A DNA stretch of 20,000 bases from an uncultured virus (IMG/VR IMGVR_UViG_3300042406_002067) (lineage: Duplodnaviria > Heunggongvirae > Uroviricota > Caudoviricetes). The stretch is taken from the IMG/VR virus record IMGVR_UViG_3300042406_002067; one strand, given 5' to 3'. Below the pieces are notes generated by a model. The model worked only from the letters and a program-made list of their open reading frames with translations, made no database searches and was not told where the DNA came from. Of the stretch, positions 7,853 through 16,700 are shown piece by piece. Within the stretch, counting starts at the first letter, position 1; every line of letters begins with the position of its first letter. The translations under genes and the position numbers were made by a program.

Positions 7853-8299
7853 ATGAATATAGAAAACACATCCGAAATCCCAAAATTAAACATACCAACA
7901 GGTGAATTAAAAGAAGGCGTTACCGAAACCAACGGAATGCGCCAGGAAGTAAAAGTGGTGGAAGAAATCACATACGGAGTTACCGAGGAACGTATAAAAG
8001 TAGATTTATCACCATTCAAGCATGTAGCATGTTTATTTACAAAACAAGCAGTAGCCATTGTAAACAAAATACAGGATTGCTACGAAGTAAAAAAAGGACT
8101 TTGGCACTATGTTCCACGTAATGTAAATAACCCAGAGCCACACGAAGCACCATTTTTTATGGAATTCTATTGCATAGACGATAAAAAAGAGTTAAAACGA
8201 TTCACCAATGCCATTAAAAAGTACTTTCCCGATAGAATTGTAAATTGGGAACCTATTGATGAAGAATACATTGCAGAGCAAAAAAAGTTAAACCAATAA
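7853..8299 (+). CDS. Hypothetical protein, 148 aa
   Basis: ATG at 7853 just after the upstream stop; co-oriented. Confidence 0.7.
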   Translation: MNIENTSEIPKLNIPTGELKEGVTETNGMRQEVKVVEEITYGVTEERIKVDLSPFKHVACLFTKQAVAIVNKIQDCYEVKKGLWHYVPRNVNNPEPHEAPFFMEFYCIDDKKELKRFTNAIKKYFPDRIVNWEPIDEEYIAEQKKLNQ

Positions 8300-8311
8300 A
8301 ACCCATTCAAT

Positions 8312-8716
8312 ATGAAAAAGCTATTCAGAAAATTCAGCCTATTTGCATTTTTTTTAACAATTTTACTTGTTTCATGCAAAAAAGAAGAACCAAAGCCCGA
8401 ACCTGTTCCACAATACCGTACTGTAAAGTACCAAATAATTTACCATGGCACAAACCATTCGCGCCAATTAGATTATTTTGATGCAGCAGGCACCATGCAA
8501 ACCGATTATCCTGGTTATGATACCATTATTAAAATGGAATATATGAAAGTAGGAAAATTAGCAGCCATTACAGCAACCTGCAGCAGTAGTGTTCCAGCAC
8601 CAGGAGCATCCACAAGTGTTGATTTAAAAATATTTGTCGAAAATCAATTGCAAGCATCCGCCTACAATGTAGGAGTTAATTATGCATTTGAAACATGTAA
8701 TGTAACGGTAAATTAA
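8312..8716 (+). CDS. Putative lipoprotein with a small beta-rich domain
   Basis: Signal peptide MKKLFRKFSLFAFFLTILLVS-C with lipobox Cys22, followed by KKEE and a Pro-rich linker. Confidence 0.8.
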   Translation: MKKLFRKFSLFAFFLTILLVSCKKEEPKPEPVPQYRTVKYQIIYHGTNHSRQLDYFDAAGTMQTDYPGYDTIIKMEYMKVGKLAAITATCSSSVPAPGASTSVDLKIFVENQLQASAYNVGVNYAFETCNVTVN

Positions 8717-8722
8717 AAAGAA

Positions 8723-9253
8723 ATGAGCAAATACATTGAATTAGCTAAAAAACTTAAAGCACTTGCCGAAAAAGGAGTTGGTGGCGAAAAAGTTAATGCC
8801 GAAAAAATGCTTAACGATTTACTTAAAAAGCACAATTTAAAAATTGAAGATATTGAGGGCGAGCAAACAATTGATTATTTTTTTACCTTAAAAAAAGAAG
8901 AAGAACGTTTGTGGGGGCAAGTTGTAGCGAGAGTAAACCACGAAATTAAAAAATATGGGCCATTTTCTGCAAAAAAAGTAAAAGATTTGGGATTACAAGG
9001 TAATTATATGATTACGTGTACAGTTGCCGAATACGTAGAAATTGATTCAATGCTCAATATTTACCAAAAACTGTATAAGCAGGAACTTAAAATTTTTTTT
9101 GTGGCATTTTGTAAAGCAAATGATTTGCTTGTATCACATGGAGCCAAAAGCACAAATGAGCTAAGTAAAGAAGATCAAGAGTTGTGGTTAAGAGCCAACG
9201 CAATGGCATCAAAAATAAAAAGCGAAAGTTATAGAAAACAAATTACAAATTAA
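8723..9253 (+). CDS. DUF2786-like phage protein
   Basis: N-terminal KKLKALAEKGVGGEKVNAEKMLNDLLKKHNL resembles the DUF2786 helical hairpin. Confidence 0.65.
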   Translation: MSKYIELAKKLKALAEKGVGGEKVNAEKMLNDLLKKHNLKIEDIEGEQTIDYFFTLKKEEERLWGQVVARVNHEIKKYGPFSAKKVKDLGLQGNYMITCTVAEYVEIDSMLNIYQKLYKQELKIFFVAFCKANDLLVSHGAKSTNELSKEDQELWLRANAMASKIKSESYRKQITN

Positions 9254-9265
9254 AACAACAAAAAA

Positions 9266-9607
9266 ATGGCATCAACAAAAAAACATTTGATACAAGTAAG
9301 AAGCAATTGCACAATGAGTGTTAATTATGAAAACCTATTATTAACACCACAAGTGGAAATAATATTGCTTACCCAAGAACCTGTTTATAAAATTAAAAAA
9401 GTAAAAACAGAATCTTTTATTGAGAAAGACAGAGAGTTAAGCGAATATAGATGCTTTGCAACTTTAGACGCAATCAATGAAATGATTTCAGACTTGCAAA
9501 AAGTTGCTTCCGAGCTTCAAATATTTGCTCAAATGAGTGGAAGTTTAAATAAGGTAATTGAACAATATAAAAAACCAACAGACAACACACAGCCAGGTAG
9601 CGTTTAA
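9266..9607 (+). CDS. Hypothetical protein, 113 aa
   Basis: Co-oriented ORF with a poly-A start context. Confidence 0.7.
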   Translation: MASTKKHLIQVRSNCTMSVNYENLLLTPQVEIILLTQEPVYKIKKVKTESFIEKDRELSEYRCFATLDAINEMISDLQKVASELQIFAQMSGSLNKVIEQYKKPTDNTQPGSV

Positions 9608-9666
9608 ATCTTTATTATTAATAACTTTCATATTCAATAAATCATAAACCAAAAAACAACAAAAAA

Positions 9667-10227
9667 ATGGGAACATTTCAATCACACCGCAATAAAAGCA
9701 TAGATGCTGCATTTGCCGAATTTGACAAAAAAAATCCATTAGTATGGAAAAAATTTGAATCAGAAGTATTCAGAGCAATCCAGCTTGGGCGCACAAAAAT
9801 TAGTGCAAAACAATTAATTGGCTACATCCGTTGGTATGTAAGCATCCAAACAACAGATCCAAAATGGAAAATAAACGATGCATTTACCAGCCGTTATGCA
9901 CGCAAATTTGCATCTAAAAACAAAAAATACCAACACATTTTTGAGTACCGCGAGCTTCGAAATGGAGCCGAAACACTTAAAAAACAATTCCTTTCACCAC
10001 CCGAAATTACTGTTTTAAAACGTGCTCATGCAGGTTACATTGTAAAAGTTGGCAAGGCATTGCATATCAATTGGCAAAAAGATAAACAACAGCAATTGGA
10101 TAATTATACGTTCAACCGTTTAGTTGCATTAGGTTTGCTGCAATGCACCACAGGCGAAAGCCGTATCCAAAAATGGAAACCAACAACAAAGGCTAAAAAG
10201 TATCTGAAATCAATTGCTAAAAAGTAA
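9667..10227 (+). CDS. Phage hypothetical protein, 186 aa, basic, possible C-terminal winged helix
   Basis: N-domain F.EF...NP.VW..F...KISAK....IRW...KINDAFTSRYAR resembles a common phage family. C-domain LSPPEITVL...FNRLVALGLL...WKPTTKA resembles a wHTH. Confidence 0.75.
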   Translation: MGTFQSHRNKSIDAAFAEFDKKNPLVWKKFESEVFRAIQLGRTKISAKQLIGYIRWYVSIQTTDPKWKINDAFTSRYARKFASKNKKYQHIFEYRELRNGAETLKKQFLSPPEITVLKRAHAGYIVKVGKALHINWQKDKQQQLDNYTFNRLVALGLLQCTTGESRIQKWKPTTKAKKYLKSIAKK

Positions 10228-10556
10228 TGAAAAAGCACTATAATAAATCCGTAAAGCACCACATGTCAATAAGTGTAGGTGGAGTGTTGGCACAATTCAC
10301 ACGCAAAAAAATACGTTTTTGTTCCGAAGATGATGGAACACCAATGGCACCCGAAAAAGCAAAGCAAATATTTTTAATGGCGCAATATGAAGGGAAAAGA
10401 GTATTGCCAATGAATGCCGATTGCAGTCGTTTTTGCTATCAAAAAGGTTGTCCAGGACACGCATTATCATTAAAACCTACAGATGAAGTTTTAGAAGAAA
10501 TAGATAAATCGTTTAACGAGTTAAAAAGCACCCCACAATGGCAAATATTCAAATAA
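10227..10556 (+). CDS. Phage hypothetical protein, 109 aa, with a CxxFCYxxGCPGH putative metal-binding motif
   Basis: TAATG coupling to the upstream gene; GKRVLPM..DCSRFCYQKGCPGH. Confidence 0.75.
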   Translation: MKKHYNKSVKHHMSISVGGVLAQFTRKKIRFCSEDDGTPMAPEKAKQIFLMAQYEGKRVLPMNADCSRFCYQKGCPGHALSLKPTDEVLEEIDKSFNELKSTPQWQIFK

Positions 10557-10846
10557 TTGAAAATAATAACAGTAAATACGATGGACCTGTTTTGTATATA
10601 AATCCAAAAAAAACAATTGACAATGGTTGTTTTTCAACAGGCTTTTATATAGGATTATTGTTTGTAAAAATAATAATACATCATGTAATTACGCCAAATG
10701 CTATAACAATTAACACAATTAATCCAAATACAAAAATAAAATACGAGCGAAATTTTCGGTTTAAAAAATGGCCAACAAATCACCAATTAAAACTAATTTG
10801 TGCCAAGTTTGTAAAAGATGTTTTATCCGACAAAACTACAAAATAA
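10538..10846 (+). CDS. Hypothetical protein, 102 aa
   Basis: Co-oriented, overlaps the upstream gene by 19 nt, ends before the next promoter. Confidence 0.55.
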   Translation: MANIQIIENNNSKYDGPVLYINPKKTIDNGCFSTGFYIGLLFVKIIIHHVITPNAITINTINPNTKIKYERNFRFKKWPTNHQLKLICAKFVKDVLSDKTTK

Positions 10847-10863
10847 AAATTGTGCCTTAAAAA

Positions 10864-10895
10864 TTTGGTTATTAAACAATTAGTTCATAAATTTG
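10864..10895 (+). promoter_or_regulatory. Bacteroidota consensus promoter (TTTG-N20-TAAATTTG)
   Basis: Perfect -33 TTTG (10864-10867) and -7 TAnnTTTG (10888-10895), 36 nt before ATG 10932. Confidence 0.8.
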
Positions 10896-10931
10896 CAATC
10901 TAATTATTTAATAACCAAAAATTTTAAACAC

Positions 10932-11117
10932 ATGGCCAAAAAAGTAGCAAAAAAAGCACCTGCAAATGTTGCTAAAAAAGCAGAAGCAAAAAAAGTAGCT
11001 CCAAAAAAAGTAGTGAAAAAAGTAGCTCCAAAAAAAGCTGTTAAAAAGGAAGTTGTAAAAGCAGCACCAAAAAAAGCAGCAAAAAAAGCACCAGCAAAGG
11101 TTGCTAAAAAAAAGTAA
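10932..11117 (+). CDS. Histone H1-like Lys/Ala/Pro-rich basic protein, 61 aa
   Basis: MAKKVAKKAPANVAKKAEAKKVAPKK...; 25 of 61 residues are Lys. Internal 22-nt duplication at 10989-11010 and 11016-11037. Has its own promoter and terminator. Confidence 0.8.
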   Translation: MAKKVAKKAPANVAKKAEAKKVAPKKVVKKVAPKKAVKKEVVKAAPKKAAKKAPAKVAKKK

Positions 11118-11128
11118 AATAAAATTTT

Positions 11129-11167
11129 AAAAAAAGGGAAACACAAAATATTGTTTCCCTTTTTTTT
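11129..11167 (+). terminator. Intrinsic terminator, potentially bidirectional
   Basis: A-tract then AGGGAAACA, 8-nt loop, TGTTTCCCT and a T-tract, immediately after the histone-like gene. Confidence 0.85.
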
Positions 11168-11184
11168 GCTATTTCACAAACACC

Positions 11185-13539
11185 ATGATTGACTACAAAA
11201 AACTTAATTCACTTCCTGCAGCATTGCGTAACAAAGTTATTTACGAAGAAAAATTAATCACCAAAAAAGAAATGATTGATGATGTTATTCTCGTTAAAAA
11301 ACTTATTGATGTAAAGCAATTGGATTCCTATAAACAAAAGCCATACGTTATTTACGATCATTCTGGGCATCGATTTACATTTGTATCAAAAGCCGAAAAA
11401 AAATACATCGATTATTTAATCAAAAAAATAAATGAAGGTGGCCAAACCGAATTGGAGCACAAAGCCACAATCAAAAAAATACAAACCGAATTACCATCCA
11501 CAAACAAAGCCGCAAAATACATTGCAGCCGATCATATTGAAGAAGATACTGATTATTACAAAAAATTACTAGGTGCAAAATTAGAGCATGGCGGAAGCGT
11601 AAAAATTGGCGTAGACGAGATGTTTGAAAAAACAAAACAATATTTAGATACAAAGAAGGACTTGTTTTACACAATAGGAGCAAATAGCAAAACTGATTTC
11701 GGGCAAAGTAGATATATCTATGTTTTTGAAAAAGGAGGCGATTCATTTGAAAATAAAAAAATAAGAATATCAGATCACTCTGTTACAAACATAAACAGGC
11801 TAATGGACGAATATCATATTTTTGACGAAAATGAGATTAAAGACAAAGTGGATTTGATTGAATATTATTTTTTTCCAGAAAAATTTACAAAGCAAGAAGT
11901 TTTTAATGACAACATCGTAAGTATGGAAATTCCTGCTTCTCAAAAAAAAGAAACAGATATTGTTGTTTCAGAAAGATTGAGTTCTGCAAAACGAGGCGCA
12001 GGGAGATTGATTTATTCAATAAAAAGAAATAATCCACAAAAAACAATTAAAATAATTAACCCTAACCGTAATGATGCAGTAATTGGTTCTTATAGGCCGC
12101 ATTTAGAGCGTGGCGGAAAAGTTCAATCGTTAAAAGATGGAACCGTATTAAAAGGGCCAAGCCACGATAATGGCGGAATCGAAATTGTTGTAAATAATAA
12201 ACCGGTAGCCGAAGCCGAAGGTGGTGAAGTGGTAATTAATGCCGAAAATAGCAAAGAATATTGCCATGAATTATCTGAAATTAACCAACGCGATGGTAAT
12301 GGAAAACCATTAGATTGCGGTTGTGCAGGAGAACAAACCGATAAAATGGAGCATGGTGGAATGCTGAATACAGAAGATGAAACAACAGCAATAAAAGTAA
12401 CCAATATTGAATCAAAAAGAATATTTTATGTATTGGCAATTAAAACAGCGTATGGATACATTGCAAAAAAAGCAAGTGGAAACCCATGGAGCGTAAACCA
12501 ATCGTATGGCAAAAAGGCTTTTAAAACAATAGGTGAAATTGTTTTAAAATTAAAGCAAGAGTACGGAATGGCTGAAATAGATGCCGATTATTTTAATAAT
12601 TTAAACAAAATGGAGCATGGTGGCGAAATTAAACTTAACAATGTTGATTTGGAATTTGATGAAATGGCACGTGGCGGATTAATAAACAAACGCATGAAAT
12701 TTCCTAAAAACGCCAAAGCGCAGGATGGTAAATATGGTTCAATTAAATCCGAACCACAAAAAAGCGATTATCAAAAAAACAAAGAAATTGAGCAATTAAT
12801 CGACCAAAAAGGCGATGATCCAAACAATTACCTGTTTTCAGAAAAACAATTTTTGCGCGAATACTCAGGTTACGGTGGTATTGATGTAGAAGAATTTGGC
12901 TCAATAGAAGAAGCTAAAAAAGCATTAACAGAATTTTACACACCAGATGCAATTATTCGCAAAATGTGGGCATTGGCTTATAAGTTTGGATTTAAAGATG
13001 GGCAATCTGTTTTGGAGCCAAGCGTAGGAACAGGCGAGTTTTTAAAATATGTTCCAACTCAAAGCATGGCTACAGGTTATGAAATAAACAAATACAGCTA
13101 TACTATTTGTAAAATATTGTATCCTCAATTCAACTTTTATTTGCAGCCATTCGAAAATATTTTTATTAAAAACCGCGATACCGTTAAAAATAAGTTGTCG
13201 GATATTCAAAAATTCGACCTTGTAATTGGAAACCCTCCTTATGGCGATGTTTCTGGATTAGGAATGGGAATGGGCGAAAAACAATATACAAACGCAAAAA
13301 ATTGGATAGAATATTTTATTTTACGCGGATTAGACTTAACTTTGCCAAACGGATTATTAATTTATATTATTGGAACCGAAGTTGCAAATGGAGGCACACC
13401 ATTTTTACAACAATCCAACAGCAAAATTAAGCAAATGATTGCCGATAAAGCCGATTTAGTAGATGCTTACCGATTACCAAATGGAGTTTTTGACCGTACC
13501 GATGTATTAAGTGATATTCTTGTATTTAAAAGAAAATAA
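11185..13539 (+). CDS. Polyvalent protein, 784 aa: DUF5661-like module, GG-delimited modules and a C-terminal DarB-type N6-adenine DNA methyltransferase
   Basis: ELEH...IAADHIEEDTDYYKKL (DUF5661-like); GPSHDNGGI...EAEGGEVVIN; MTase motifs LREYSGYGG, EFYTP, VLEPSVGTGEF, FDLVIGNPPYG (NPPY at 13231-13242), AYRLPNGVF, DILVFKRK. Confidence 0.88.
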   Translation: MIDYKKLNSLPAALRNKVIYEEKLITKKEMIDDVILVKKLIDVKQLDSYKQKPYVIYDHSGHRFTFVSKAEKKYIDYLIKKINEGGQTELEHKATIKKIQTELPSTNKAAKYIAADHIEEDTDYYKKLLGAKLEHGGSVKIGVDEMFEKTKQYLDTKKDLFYTIGANSKTDFGQSRYIYVFEKGGDSFENKKIRISDHSVTNINRLMDEYHIFDENEIKDKVDLIEYYFFPEKFTKQEVFNDNIVSMEIPASQKKETDIVVSERLSSAKRGAGRLIYSIKRNNPQKTIKIINPNRNDAVIGSYRPHLERGGKVQSLKDGTVLKGPSHDNGGIEIVVNNKPVAEAEGGEVVINAENSKEYCHELSEINQRDGNGKPLDCGCAGEQTDKMEHGGMLNTEDETTAIKVTNIESKRIFYVLAIKTAYGYIAKKASGNPWSVNQSYGKKAFKTIGEIVLKLKQEYGMAEIDADYFNNLNKMEHGGEIKLNNVDLEFDEMARGGLINKRMKFPKNAKAQDGKYGSIKSEPQKSDYQKNKEIEQLIDQKGDDPNNYLFSEKQFLREYSGYGGIDVEEFGSIEEAKKALTEFYTPDAIIRKMWALAYKFGFKDGQSVLEPSVGTGEFLKYVPTQSMATGYEINKYSYTICKILYPQFNFYLQPFENIFIKNRDTVKNKLSDIQKFDLVIGNPPYGDVSGLGMGMGEKQYTNAKNWIEYFILRGLDLTLPNGLLIYIIGTEVANGGTPFLQQSNSKIKQMIADKADLVDAYRLPNGVFDRTDVLSDILVFKRK
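11581..12118 (+). repeat. 16-nt direct repeat TTAGAGC(A/G)TGGCGGAA (11581-11596 and 12103-12118) encoding LE(H/R)GG and flanking an in-frame module
   Basis: 15 of 16 nt identical, read directly from the sequence. Confidence 0.75.
12343..12623 (+). repeat. 17-nt perfect direct repeat AAAATGGAGCATGGTGG (12343-12359 and 12607-12623) encoding KMEHGG and flanking an in-frame module
   Basis: 17 of 17 nt identical, read directly from the sequence. Confidence 0.8.
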
Positions 13540-13542
13540 GCC

Positions 13543-13764
13543 ATGAGCGAAAAATTAAAAGAACTAAAGCAATTGATCCATTCACATTTGGAATCATGCG
13601 ACAAAATACTTACTCCTACAATTTGCGAAATGAAGGATTCTAAAGAAGGAAAATCTGAATTAGAAGAAAAAGTATTAAAGCGAATTTTAGAACGCGGAAT
13701 AACAGTAGGGCAAGCAATAAACGAAATTGAAAGAGAGTATAACTCAAACATGATTAACGATTAA
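13543..13764 (+). CDS. Small helical hypothetical protein, 73 aa
   Basis: Packed 3 nt after the MTase gene and 1 nt before the giant ORF. Confidence 0.75.
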   Translation: MSEKLKELKQLIHSHLESCDKILTPTICEMKDSKEGKSELEEKVLKRILERGITVGQAINEIEREYNSNMIND

Positions 13765-13765
13765 T

Positions 13766-16700
13766 ATGGAATATCCCGAAATTTATGAAATAATGTATGT
13801 GGATAAGTCCAGCAACGAACTTAAATCATTTGACAAAACACATGATAAGGAAATTGCATTGCATACAAAGCAAGCATTAATCAACCAGGGGCACAAACAA
13901 GTGCATATCCAACACACATTTAAGGAAGGTGGCAAAATTACCGATTCAGTAAATATTGGATACCGACCATTGTTTTTGGAAACGCCAATTGTTTACGGAC
14001 GCAAAATAGAAATATCAATGCCAAATGGCGAAAAAAGGCAAGCACAATTTGCAATTGTAAATGCGGATAATATTCTTGCATCCCATAACGAACATTCCTT
14101 TGTAACAACCATTGGCTATCCAACAATAAATGGTGAAAATATTAACGATCGTAACTATGCCGATGATAAAAATGCACAAGCAAAAGTTATTGAAGTAGCA
14201 CAAAACCTTGATCCAAATATTTTGGTGAGCACAAGCCGCACACCATCCGGAACTCCAATAATTACAAAAGATGGAATTGTTGTATCGGGAAATAACCGTA
14301 CAATGAGCATAAAAAGAGCAATTACCGATTTCCCAAAGGAATATAGAGATTATTGCAATTTTTTAGTGGAAGAAGTTTTTGCGTTTGGAATTAAAAAGGT
14401 AGATGTTTCTGCAGGAAGTAAAAGTTATGAATATAAATACACTTTTACAGGAATAAATAGCGAAACAAAAACATTCGACCATCCAATTTTAGTTCGTATA
14501 GATTACGATTTTCCAGAGTACAATACAACCGAATTGAGTAAGTATAACAAGGAAACCAAAAAAAGCGAACGCCCAATTGATAAAGCAATTAAAATTGGTA
14601 AAATGCTGAATGAAAACGAGGGCTGCAAAAACATGATTGCAGAGCTTGTTGGTGAATACGAAACATTCTCCCAATTTTATGCAAGTTATTCCGACCAGGT
14701 AAAACTACGCGATATGCTTATTTCATGTAATATAATTACAAAAAATGAGCTTGCAGCATATTTTGATGAACGTGGATTCACCGAAAATGGTAAGGATTTA
14801 ATTGAAAATTTGCTTGCAGGAATGATTTTGTCAAAAGATGCATTAATTGCAGGTAGCATGGCAGGCGGAAGGCAATTTAAAACAATTGTAATTACAAGTT
14901 TACCGGTATTAGCAAAAAATGCTTCATTGGCCGAAAATTCATTAATTGATTTATTGAACAAAGCATTCCTATTGGAAAAAAAGATACACGATAGTGGACT
15001 TGATTTTAAAGACTACATTGTACAAGGCAACATGTTTGATGAAGCACCCGAAAAAAATGTGCTAATTATGAACCGATTGCTTGCTGCAGGTAGAAATAAA
15101 TTCAAAAGCTCAATTGATGCATACAACCAAAGCGCAATCGACAACCAAAACGAAAGCCTCTTTGGTGATAAACCATCGTTCCAAGAAATGTACGATACCT
15201 ATATTACAAGTAAAATTGATACACAGGACCTTGCATTGATTAACAAAAATGCTAATAGCACAATTACAATGGAACCGAACACAAGTCAGGAGTTCGACCA
15301 AGCAATTATGGATAAAATTGATCCACATGATGATTGGAAAGGCAATTTAATCAAAGAAAGACACGTATTAAGTCAAATTTATAACGAATTAAAAGGAAGT
15401 GAAGCCGAAAAAGAAAAAGAAGTAGTTCGTTTATTTTTGCTTTATGCAGCTAAATTCCCTGGCAAAATATCCGAAACAAATTTGGAGCAGTTAGGATTGA
15501 AGCAGCCCGAACAAAAAATGGATTATGATAATATGCCATTAGATGATCTTATTGCTTTAAAAAAGAAAAAATATTCAAACATGGATATTGAATCACCTAA
15601 AAGCGATGATGAAAAAGCATTAGAAAAAGCAATTGCTGCAAAATTGTCGATTATGAATAGTGCGGTTATGGAAAAAAGAAATGCCGAAAAACAACAAAAG
15701 CAATCCGAACTATTATCAAATATAGAAGGAAGTGAATTGTACAAAAAATTAAAAAAGGATTTTATGTTCATTCTTTCTTTGCAAAAAAGCAAAAACGAAA
15801 AAGGAACAACAGAAGGATGGGATATAAATTTATTTAAGTCAAGTTTTTTAAACAAAATAAAAAAAGAGGCGTATTCATCTAATAATGCTGTTATACAAAA
15901 AGTTTTATTGGACTTAAAAAGAATACAAGCCGAACAATTAACAAAGCCTGCATTTACCAATAATCACCAAATTTGGCAATACTTGGAAGAACAACCAACT
16001 ATTGTTGAAACAAAAGAAGCAACAAAACAGACAATGCCAGAAACAACACCAACAGCTCCAATACTTCCAATGGAATTTTCATATACCGGACCAGCTACAA
16101 TGTATTTGGCAAGCGAGTTTATGGGAAATATAAACAAAATAGATGTTACTGATATAAAAATCAAAGCAAAAAAATATGCTCAATACGAAAAAGCATTAAG
16201 CGTAACATTTATTCCAAAAGGAAAGCGTTCGCCAGGTGGCACCACATTAACATACAGTCCATATATTTTGGTGCTTAAAGGATACAATACACCTGTTCCA
16301 CAATCTTCAATGAAGCCAATTGCACCAGGAGTAGAACAATCAATCTATACTTCGTTTGATGATCGCTGGCAAGCCGATTTTGATAAAGTTGTAGATGATT
16401 ATATTGCGGAACATCCCGATTCTGTTTTATTTGATGCACGTGCCAAAAAGTATGGTAAAAACACATCCGATAGTTTTGAATTTGCAGATAAAGCAGCAGA
16501 GTTGCCAAAAGCAGCAGAGCCAGAAGTAGAAAAATGGGTGCCAATTGAGAAATTTAAAGTTTGGATAAAAGAGGCTAATCCAAAAGCATGGTATTCAAGC
16601 ATGGTTGGAAAGCAAGTTGAAGTTTACAAAGGAATTTCTACTCCGGAACAATATTATCAATATGGTGATGGTAAATTTATTTTAATTTCAGATACCACAA

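Noticed and set aside
10904..11146. Phe/Ala/Thr-rich minus-strand ORF resembling a membrane protein
   Set aside because: It is the reverse complement of the Lys-rich histone-like gene; the promoter orientation supports the + strand.
11725..11739. FEKGG (and INEGG at 11428) as further GG boundary motifs
   Set aside because: They fall inside apparent domains and lack the paired DNA repeat; they may be coincidental, so they were not counted.
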